Below the pieces are notes generated by a model that worked only from the letters and a program-made list of their open reading frames with translations, was not told the DNA's origin and made no database searches. A stretch of DNA of 64,000 nucleotides from Eubacteriales bacterium (lineage in GTDB: Bacteria; Bacillota; Clostridia; Oscillospirales; CAG-272): contig JAZQKI010000048.1 in assembly GCA_045542075.1 (NCBI GenBank), forward strand, positions 41,036 to 105,035, read 5' to 3'. Below are positions 21,469 to 29,300 of this stretch, one piece after another. Each line of letters opens with the position of its first letter. Position 1 is the first letter of the stretch. The position numbers and the translations under genes were made by a program.

Positions 21469-22203
21469 ATGGAAAGTATAAGAATATCAAAATTTTTTAC
21501 CGACTGCGGAGTAATGTCCCGCCGCGCCGCCGAATCAGAGATCACGGCGGGCAATATCAAGGTAAACGGCGTTGTCGCAACCCTTGGGCAAAAGATAGAT
21601 CCCGAGGTCGATGTTGTTGAATACAAGGGCAAGCGCATAACTCTCCCCACAGGCGAGAAAATATGCATAATGCTCAATAAGCCGCGCGGAATAGTGACGA
21701 CCGCATCGGACGAAAAGGGCCGCGCGGACGTGACGGACTTATGCCGCGACGTCAAGGACAGCGCGGGCAAGACAATTCGTCTCTACCCCATAGGCAGACT
21801 TGATATGGACTCGGACGGACTCTTGCTTCTCACAAACGACGGCGAGCTTGCAAACAAGCTCACACACCCCCGCCACTCCATACCTAAAATATATCACGTC
21901 ACACTGAGCAGTGTTTTGTCCGAGCAAGAGGTATCAGCTCTCGGCACACCCATAGTTATCGACGGCAGAGAAACCGCTCCCGTGACCGTCAAAACCCTCT
22001 CCCAGAGCGATAAGACCACGCTTGCGGAGTTTGAGCTTTACGAGGGCAGAAACCGCCAGATTCGCAGAATGTGCGATGCTCACGGTGTAAAGATCCAGAA
22101 GCTCACGCGTGTCGCCATAGGCAACATAACCCTCGGCAAACTCCCCGTCGGCAAATGGCGCAAGCTGACTGATGATGAGGTGAAATATCTTAAAGAATGT
22201 TAA
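21469..22203 (+). CDS. rluB: rRNA pseudouridine synthase (RluB/RsuA family)
   Basis: S4 domain, LNKPRG, IGRLDMDSDGLLLLTNDG, EGRNRQIRRM. Confidence 0.88.
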   Translation: MESIRISKFFTDCGVMSRRAAESEITAGNIKVNGVVATLGQKIDPEVDVVEYKGKRITLPTGEKICIMLNKPRGIVTTASDEKGRADVTDLCRDVKDSAGKTIRLYPIGRLDMDSDGLLLLTNDGELANKLTHPRHSIPKIYHVTLSSVLSEQEVSALGTPIVIDGRETAPVTVKTLSQSDKTTLAEFELYEGRNRQIRRMCDAHGVKIQKLTRVAIGNITLGKLPVGKWRKLTDDEVKYLKEC

Positions 22204-22232
22204 AAAGCCTTCCCTATGCGGAAGGCTTTTTT
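22204..22232 (+). terminator. Intrinsic terminator after rluB
   Basis: aaagccttcc-ctatgc-ggaaggcttt followed by T-tract. Confidence 0.85.
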
Positions 22233-22261
22233 GTCTTAAAATGTCGCAATTTTATAAATTG
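22222..22261 (+). repeat. 40-bp direct repeat, left copy
   Basis: aaggcttttttgtcttaaaatgtcgcaattttataaattg, identical to 23190-23229. Confidence 0.95.
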
Positions 22262-22264
22262 AAA

Positions 22265-22286
22265 CTCCGCACCTTGCGGTGCGGAG
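22265..22286 (-). terminator. Terminator of cassette lipoprotein gene
   Basis: ctccgcacc-ttgc-ggtgcggag hairpin immediately after the stop codon. Confidence 0.7.
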
Positions 22287-22291
22287 AACAC

Positions 22292-23092
22292 TTATTTAGT
22301 TGTTTTTGTTAAAGTTAGGGATTCAACTGAATTGTTGTAAAACATGTCTCCTTCAATGCAGTCAAGAATTAAGGTGTCATTGTTAGATAAAGCGCCGGAA
22401 GCATATAAGATTAGCTTTTTTTCTTGGCTACTTATATCATAGACCTTTATTCCTGGACCATATCGCAACAATTCAATCTCTATCGGTATTGTTTTGTCAT
22501 TGGCATTCCACTCGCCAACATTGGTACTGGGAGAATACCAAAATGAGTACTCCAGTGACTGATATACTGTGGAATCATCGTAATTGATAAAATCTTTCCA
22601 TTGAGAAGAAGTGATAGAAAAAGCAATGCTTTCTTGATAGGATGTCTCAACTTTCGAGGCGTAGATAACATCGTTAGTCGATTCGCTTGTAATATGAATA
22701 ACGCCTTTTTCTCGATCGGGATTATGCAGGATAAATGATTCTGAGTTTATATTTTCAGAGATACCGAGACCCAAAAACAATTTTGCAAAATTGGAATCAT
22801 TCTCGCTACTATAGCGAACCAAACGATATGCGTTTGCATTTTTCACAGGATAGTAAATGCTACGTATTGTAACCGGTGAGCTACCAGTACTGGTCACCCA
22901 TTCGCCTATGCCGCTATCCATAAGAAAATGTATATATTCTGTGTCGGATATTGTTATTACAACATAGTTAGTATCTTTGCTCCACTGGAATACATAACCT
23001 TCTCCACGATTTATTCCTTTGCATGATGACATTGTAAATACAATGAAAAGAGATAATAAGACTAATATGAATGAACTTCTAATTTTTTTCAT
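22292..23092 (-). CDS. Hypothetical lipoprotein (266 aa), AT-rich
   Basis: GGAGG RBS, MKKIRSSFILVLLSLFIVFTMSSC signal peptide II with lipobox. Confidence 0.8.
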   Translation of the reverse strand: MKKIRSSFILVLLSLFIVFTMSSCKGINRGEGYVFQWSKDTNYVVITISDTEYIHFLMDSGIGEWVTSTGSSPVTIRSIYYPVKNANAYRLVRYSSENDSNFAKLFLGLGISENINSESFILHNPDREKGVIHITSESTNDVIYASKVETSYQESIAFSITSSQWKDFINYDDSTVYQSLEYSFWYSPSTNVGEWNANDKTIPIEIELLRYGPGIKVYDISSQEKKLILYASGALSNNDTLILDCIEGDMFYNNSVESLTLTKTTK

Positions 23093-23150
23093 AGGTCCTC
23101 CCAAATTACTTTTGCAGATTAGTCACAATGATGGCTTTACTCACAATTAA

Positions 23151-23180
23151 ATTATATCATACTACGTCATTCCCTGTCAA
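23151..23180 (-). promoter_or_regulatory. sigmaA promoter of cassette gene
   Basis: TTGACA-18bp-TATAAT with extended TG. Confidence 0.7.
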
Positions 23181-23189
23181 CAAATGAAA

Positions 23190-23229
23190 AAGGCTTTTTT
23201 GTCTTAAAATGTCGCAATTTTATAAATTG
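23190..23229 (+). repeat. 40-bp direct repeat, right copy
   Basis: Identical to 22222-22261. Confidence 0.95.
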
Positions 23230-23297
23230 GATATTTTTTACATTTTTTAGTGAAAAACTTTGTTTAATCTCACAATTGGGAATTTTTGTAAATTATA

Positions 23298-23326
23298 TTG
23301 CAAAATCTCCTAATTTATGGTAATAT
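23298..23326 (+). promoter_or_regulatory. Candidate sigmaA promoter of spo0A
   Basis: TTGCAA-17bp-TAATAT with extended TG. Confidence 0.55.
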
Positions 23327-23370
23327 ATTACTGTAAACAATAAAAACTTATTACAGGAGGATACAACAAA

Positions 23371-24153
23371 GTGGAATACACAACAAAAATACTCATAGCC
23401 GACGAAAATAATTCCCAGCGTCACATTTTGAGGGAGGCTCTCTCACACGCTGGATGCAGATACATAGACGAGGCAACAAACGGCGAGGACGCGCTCGCGC
23501 TAATCAACCGTACCCACCCCGATGTGCTGATAGCGGATATATGGCTCTCAAAGCTGGACGGACTTTCCCTCGTCCGCAGTATCAAGTCAGGCAGAGACCG
23601 TGCACCTATCATAATTATGACCTCGCCTATTTCAAACCAAAATATATTCGTTCAGTCGCTTGAGGCAGGCGCGGACGTATGCCTTATCAAGCCTGTAAAC
23701 ACCTCAACTCTCATTCAGCACATAGAAAACCTGCTCAAAAAGAGAAAAAACTCCCTCTCCCCCGAGTTTTATAACACAAAGCCCGTAGCAGACGAGACAC
23801 CCGACATTGAGGCGCAGGTCACACGCATCATCCACCAGATAGGCGTTCCCGCGCACATCAAGGGCTATCAGTACCTCCGCACGGCAATCCTCCTCACTAT
23901 AAATGACTCCGACATAATAAACTCCGTCACCAAGGTCCTCTACCCATCGGTTGCTAAGAAATATCAGACTACAACCAGCCGCGTGGAGCGTGCGATAAGA
24001 CACGCCATTGAGGTCGCGTGGGACAGAGGCGACGTGGATACGCTGAATTCCTACTTTGGATATACCATTCAGAACAACAGAGGAAAACCTACGAATAGCG
24101 AGTTTATCGCCATGATCGCGGATAATTTGAGACTTAAATACAAGTTGTACTAA
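23371..24153 (+). CDS. spo0A: Sporulation master regulator Spo0A
   Basis: Receiver domain plus [14 protein letters not shown]...[28 protein letters not shown]...[17 protein letters not shown]; GTG start with GGAGG RBS. Confidence 0.98.
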   Translation: MEYTTKILIADENNSQRHILREALSHAGCRYIDEATNGEDALALINRTHPDVLIADIWLSKLDGLSLVRSIKSGRDRAPIIIMTSPISNQNIFVQSLEAGADVCLIKPVNTSTLIQHIENLLKKRKNSLSPEFYNTKPVADETPDIEAQVTRIIHQIGVPAHIKGYQYLRTAILLTINDSDIINSVTKVLYPSVAKKYQTTTSRVERAIRHAIEVAWDRGDVDTLNSYFGYTIQNNRGKPTNSEFIAMIADNLRLKYKLY

Positions 24154-24156
24154 TAA

Positions 24157-24277
24157 GCCCTCCCCTGTGTAAGGGGAGGTGGCGCGCGAAGCGTGACGGA
24201 AGGGTTGTAAAATATGGACATTTGGCTGAAACAATCCCTCAGTCGCTCTGCGACAGCTCCCTTTACACAAAGGAGCC
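24157..24277 (+). repeat. Hairpin-rich element, family 1 (unit 1)
   Basis: ctcccctgtgtaaggggagg-tggc...ggaagggttg / caatccctcagtc...cagctccctttacacaaaggagcc with imperfect terminal inverted arms. Confidence 0.8.
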
Positions 24278-24356
24278 GACATGAACACCTGCGAACCCAA
24301 AATTTATTGCCATGATCGCGGATAATTTGAGACTTAAATACAAGTTGTACTAATAA

Positions 24357-24476
24357 GCCTCCCCTGTGTAAGGGGAGGTGGCACGCGAAACGTGACGGAA
24401 GGGTTGTAAAATATGGACATTTGGCTAAAACAATCCCTCAGTCGCTCTGCGACAGCTCCCTTTACACAAGGGAGCC
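24357..24476 (+). repeat. Hairpin-rich element, family 1 (unit 2)
   Basis: Near-identical copy of 24157-24277. Confidence 0.8.
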
Positions 24477-24580
24477 GACGTGAACACCGGCGAACCCAAA
24501 ATTTATTGCCATGATCGCGGATAATTTGAGATTGAAATATAAGCTATATTGAATAACCCCTATATCCTATGATAATATGA

Positions 24581-24622
24581 AAAAAATCCCGACAGATTCT
24601 ATGTCTGTCGGGAATAATTTTT
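24581..24622. terminator. Bidirectional terminator between spo0A array and RAYT
   Basis: tcccgacaga-ttctatg-tctgtcggga with A/T flanks. Confidence 0.8.
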
Positions 24623-24835
24623 ATATTTACAAAGACAAAAACTATTCTTCTGTATATAATTCATCGTAGTACCAGCGTATTGGGTTTTCATAAATGTATT
24701 TCTTTATTTTATCATAATCTTCTCTACCTCGCACAACGTGATCATAAAATCCCCTTTGCCATATATTTACCCCATATTCCTTATTGCAAAACCGTTTGAG
24801 TGTAGATACAAATTGCGACACGGCTGAATGCTGCT

Positions 24836-24864
24836 TTGTAGGGGGCGACGTCCTCGACGCCCCG
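24836..24864 (+). repeat. GTAG-type REP inside RAYT CDS
   Basis: ttgtagggggcgacgtcctcgacgccccg. Confidence 0.9.
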
Positions 24865-25004
24865 TCTCCCGACACAAACAGCATGATATGAATATGGTTT
24901 GGCATAATCACGTATTGGTCAACCGTTACGTTGTTATAGAAATCACTTAATTGGTTTATGTATTTCTCAGCTACTTTACCGTATGGCAATAACTCCACAC
25001 ATTT

Positions 25005-25033
25005 CGGGGCGTCGAGGACGTCGCCCCCTACAA
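25005..25033 (-). repeat. GTAG-type REP inside RAYT CDS (inverted copy)
   Basis: Exact reverse complement of 24836-24864. Confidence 0.9.
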
Positions 25034-25173
25034 TATGTGATAAGGTTTTCCGGCGGCCTTCCGTACATATTGTTATAAAATATGCGCCCACTGTTGCGTA
25101 ATCAAAATTTTTTAATCTTGTAGGTTTTCTTTTCGGTAATTCTTTTTCTTTATCCATTTTCATCACCCGCATT

Positions 25174-25213
25174 ATTATAACATTAAATCAGCAGAGGGCA
25201 ATACCTCTGCTGA
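25174..25213 (-). promoter_or_regulatory. Terminator hairpin of HAD gene overlapping the candidate RAYT promoter
   Basis: tcagcagagg-gcaata-cctctgctga hairpin; TTGCCC-16bp-TATAAT with extended TG on the minus strand. Confidence 0.55.
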
Positions 25214-25240
25214 AATCTATATCTTTCCACACAAATAGCC

Positions 25241-26104
25241 TTAGTTATCCTTCTCATTTGCGCGTCTGTACTGCGAGAGCTGCATTTCTTCCTTTGCTCT
25301 GAGCTTTTCAAGAGTTGCCATATTCTCTATCATAAGCTTGACTATCTTATCAAGCGTTGAATTCTGAGAATAATCCGCCACACAGACATAGTTGATTCTG
25401 TCGTCGTCAACAAGAGGCTTTACCGTCTCGCTCTTGCCCGAGGCATACAGCGCAATAGACTTTCCGCCCTTCTGCTTTACCATCTTCATGCAGGGTATGT
25501 CAGTCATTCCGTCACCGATATATATCATATTGCGGTATGCGATACGGCGCAAGCTCTCATCCTGAAGTCTGTTGAGGTTGTAATCGTCCGTAACGTCAAG
25601 AATTCCCTTGGATATTCTGTAAATATACTGAGTTTTAAGGGTATAGTTTATCGCCAGCGCGGGCCAGACTGCCTCGCCGTTTTCGTCGTACATATATCTG
25701 CACGCGTAGATCCTCTTGAAATACTTTGCGATAGGCGTTCCCTGAATAATCTCATACGTTCCCGAGGAAATGATATAATGCTCAATGTTGACTCCGAGCG
25801 ACTCACCGTAGGCATTGATGCGGTCAAACCACGAAAGAACGCCCTTGTAAAGCACTACGTTTTCTCCGCAGCTCTTAAGATACTCCTCGGTCAGCGGGAT
25901 ACCGCGTTTTTTACACTCGCGGATCATTATCATCATATACGCGAGTATTTTTTCAACCTCGTGCTCGCGGGTAAGCTTTGCCGCCTCACCCCAAAAGTCG
26001 TTTGAGTCCATTCCGAGATTTTTTATAAAATCGTATTCCTGCATATCAGTCGTGCAGAGGGTCTTATCAAAGTCGTACAAAATTCCGATAGTGGTCTTTG
26101 CCAT
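25241..26104 (-). CDS. HAD-superfamily hydrolase
   Basis: Motif I YDFDKTL, IISSG, YIGDGMTDIPCM. Confidence 0.88.
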   Translation of the reverse strand: MAKTTIGILYDFDKTLCTTDMQEYDFIKNLGMDSNDFWGEAAKLTREHEVEKILAYMMIMIRECKKRGIPLTEEYLKSCGENVVLYKGVLSWFDRINAYGESLGVNIEHYIISSGTYEIIQGTPIAKYFKRIYACRYMYDENGEAVWPALAINYTLKTQYIYRISKGILDVTDDYNLNRLQDESLRRIAYRNMIYIGDGMTDIPCMKMVKQKGGKSIALYASGKSETVKPLVDDDRINYVCVADYSQNSTLDKIVKLMIENMATLEKLRAKEEMQLSQYRRANEKDN

Positions 26105-26260
26105 ATGCTTTCTCCCTTTTACATTTATTTATCTTGACAAAATAATACTGTTACCTGTAAATTCATTATAACACGACCTAACAAGCGATGTCAAGGGATA
26201 AAATTAAAACAAAAGCTTCCTTATTATATATAATATTGCATTTCAGCTGCGCCGATATAA

Positions 26261-26295
26261 CAAAACCCCCCACCGCTTGTGCGGTGGGGGTTTTG
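26261..26295 (-). terminator. Terminator after large surface protein
   Basis: caaaacccccc-accgc-ttgt-gcggt-gggggttttg. Confidence 0.8.
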
Positions 26296-26348
26296 TATTC
26301 GACGTTTTACCGTCAAAATTTATTTTAATTTCAGAAAGTTTTTTGAAA

Positions 26349-29300
26349 TTAACCGAAGAATGTAACAAATGCTACTGCATCATCGAATGTTTCGAATGTG
26401 TAAACAGCAACTACATCTGTTTCAGAGGTTCCCTGTCCTGCATTAAAGTTGCAAAGGAGCTTGAGAGTTTTGCCTTCTCCATTATTCAAGAAGTAGTCCA
26501 TTCTCAAAGAACCTGCATTCTGTTCCTTAGCTTCAACATAGCATCCCTCTGCTACATCGCTACCGATGAATCCTGTTGTAGTGTTGATTCTGTAAAGTAC
26601 GATTACGTGCTTACCAAAGTCAACAGTATCATTGATGAAGAGGTTGTTAGCGGCGCCTGCAGCTGTCGCATCGGAAACCTTAACACCGTTAGAACCGTTA
26701 TCTGTAAGAACGCCGGAATCAACAGTAGCATTCTTATAAATGTCGGAACCTACGTGAGATGTTGCAACCTTAAGATTGAGGTAAGCTACGAATCTATCAG
26801 CAGCTGCCTGAGAATCGAATGTATAAACACCCTGAATGCTTACAGAATTAGATGCACCAGCAAAGTTGCAGATCAAGCTGAGAGCCTTGCCGGGTTCTAC
26901 ACCTGTATCGCCATAGTTATATACAACCCATGTGTTAGCTGCCTGTGCAACCTCTCTGTAGCTTGCTATACCATTGTTTGCAGATACGCCAAGGTATGCA
27001 GCTTCGCTATCCATCTTGTAGATTACAACCATGTACTTGCCAAAGTCAACATCGCTCTTGAGAATCAACTCTGCAGCGGGAATTTCAGTATAGGGCTCAC
27101 CGTAGTTGTATACCTTTGTGCCGGTGATTGTAACGCCATCAGCACCATTGTTTGTAACGATATCAAAGTCAGCAGATTCGGGATCAATTGCGCCGAAGAG
27201 ATCTGCTCCAGCATGAGCTGTAACGGTAGCTACGTGTCCACACTCAACACAAGATACTACACCGCCGTCAACTGCGTACTTGTGAGCACCGCCGCCTGTG
27301 GGAACGTCAACAGTGAAGCCACAGAAATCGCAAGTGAGTCTATTTGTTCCTGCTTCGAAACATGTGGGAGGAACAAGAACGTCGGTTCTGTATCCGTTGT
27401 GATCACATGTACCATCAATAATTGTACCAAGCTGGTTTGCATATACGTTTGCTTCTTCAAGAGTCTTGAAGGATACGATGTGGGAGAAGTCAGTCTGGTT
27501 AGCACCGATATTGCAACGAATATCAATTCTCATACCAGCTATTGCCGCTTCCTGAAGGTCAACTACAACAGTCTTCCATGCACCGTTTGTACCCATATCA
27601 TCTCTTACAACCATGATAGGCTTGTTCCATGTTACGAAACGAAGCGATGCATCAGGTGTATCTGTTCTGTATCTTATTACAAGGTACTGCTGAATAAAGT
27701 TCTTATCTCCAAGGTCAGCAGCTGCATGTACTGCGATAACGTGATCCATACCGGGGTCACCGTTTGCGTCCATACCTGTGATAGAAACGTATTTCTCTGC
27801 CTCGTTGTAAGAAACTGCATTATTAGTAAGTGCGGAGGAAAGAGTGGGACCGAAGTTATTAATTCTCCAGTTGAGGTTCTCAGCACCTATATATGTTTCA
27901 GGAACATAGTTGTGACAACCCTTATTACATGTTATAGAGCCATCCTCGTTGAGTGCCATTCTATGAACAACATCAAATTCAACGGAGAAGGTAATGGGAT
28001 CTGTAACGATCATCCATGTCTCTTCATCCATAGGAGCATAAACTGTGAGCTCAACAACGTCGCCCTTCTTAACGTCAGCAACGTATCCCTCAACGAACAT
28101 ACCGTTTACAGTCCAAACGATATTTTCCATTTCGGAGATCATAACCTTACCGTCGTCGATTGCTATCCAGCTGTAGTGGTATTCCTGGATACCGGGGTTC
28201 TGCATAGATGTTCCGACAACAAACTCGGGAGTGGTATTTTCACCAAGAACAGCCTCAAGAGGATTGTTTGCTGTTCCGGGGAGAGCCTTGTCAACGATGA
28301 AGAAGCAAGGATCTGTAATAGCGTTCCACATCTCGTCGCGCTGCATCTGAACCTGTACTTCAACAATATCGCCAGCCTTAACGTCTACGCTAAGAGCGGG
28401 ATCATAGTTTTCATCAAACATCATATATCCGTTTACGGAGATTATGATATTTGTGCCATGGTAATCAAGAACGAGCTTGTGATCGTACTCAGCATAGTAA
28501 GAATAGTAGTAATTCTCAACGGCATTGGGATCCCAGAAGGAAGTACCTTCTACGAATGCGGGTGTTGTTACAAAGCCGGTCTCGAGGTCGAGAGGCCATT
28601 CAGCGGTTGCACCGTGAACTGTGCCACATGCAGTACAAACGGTCTGACCGAGCTCGTTAACTGCAGTTTCATCGTGGAAGCACTTCTGAGAGAGCATTTC
28701 AGCATACTTTGCTGCTGCTGCCTGAGAATCAAATGTATAAATTGCCTGAATGCCTACAGAGTTAGAAGCACCTGCAAAGTTGCAGATCATAGCAAGAGTT
28801 GTGCCGGGCTCAACATTTGTTGCGCCATAGCTGCATACTGCCCACTTGTTAGGTGTCTGAGCTACCTGTGCATAGCTTGCGATACCGCCGTTTGCGGAAA
28901 CACCAAGGAATGCGCCTTCGGTATCCATCTTGTAAACTACAACCATGTACTTACCGAAGTTAACGTCACTCTTGAGAATGAGCTCAGCTGCGGGAATAGC
29001 GGAGTAGTCACCGCCATAGTTGTATATCTTTGTACCTGTTACAGTAACGCCCTGAGAACCGTTATCTGTAATAAGGTCGAAGTCGGGAGATGTTGCGTCG
29101 ATCGCGTTGTAGATCTGAGCGCCCTCGTGAGAGGTTGTGGGAATTGCTTCCTCATAGCAGTACTTACATGTAACGCTGCCGCCCCAACCTATTTCGTACT
29201 CATAGTGAGGACACTGGCCGTCAACGTATCTGCCGAGCTGAGATGCATAAACGTATGCTTCAGCGACATCTGCGAATGTTGCGATGTGGGAGAAGCTGGT

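Larger units (their letters stand above)
24103..24552 (+). repeat. Tandem array: three copies of the spo0A 3' 51 bp separated by two ~150-bp structured segments (period 200/199 bp)
   Basis: Tail copies at 24103-24153, 24303-24353, 24502-24552; the two units differ by 6 substitutions and 1 indel. Confidence 0.95.
24642..25157 (-). mobile_element. REP-associated tyrosine transposase (RAYT, Y1/HUH, IS200-like)
   Basis: YFITICT, MPNHIHI (HUH), WQRGFYDHVVR and YIYENP motifs; 171 aa from ATG 25157. Confidence 0.9.

Noticed and set aside
24154-24501. Assembly artefact explanation for the tandem units
   Set aside because: The units differ by 6 substitutions and 1 indel, and the third tail has 8 silent differences, which a mis-assembly of one sequence would not create. 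Read-level confirmation is still desirable.
24103-24552. CRISPR-array interpretation of the three-repeat structure
   Set aside because: The repeats are 51-bp coding sequence of spo0A, the spacers are ~150 bp and nearly identical, and no cas genes are present.
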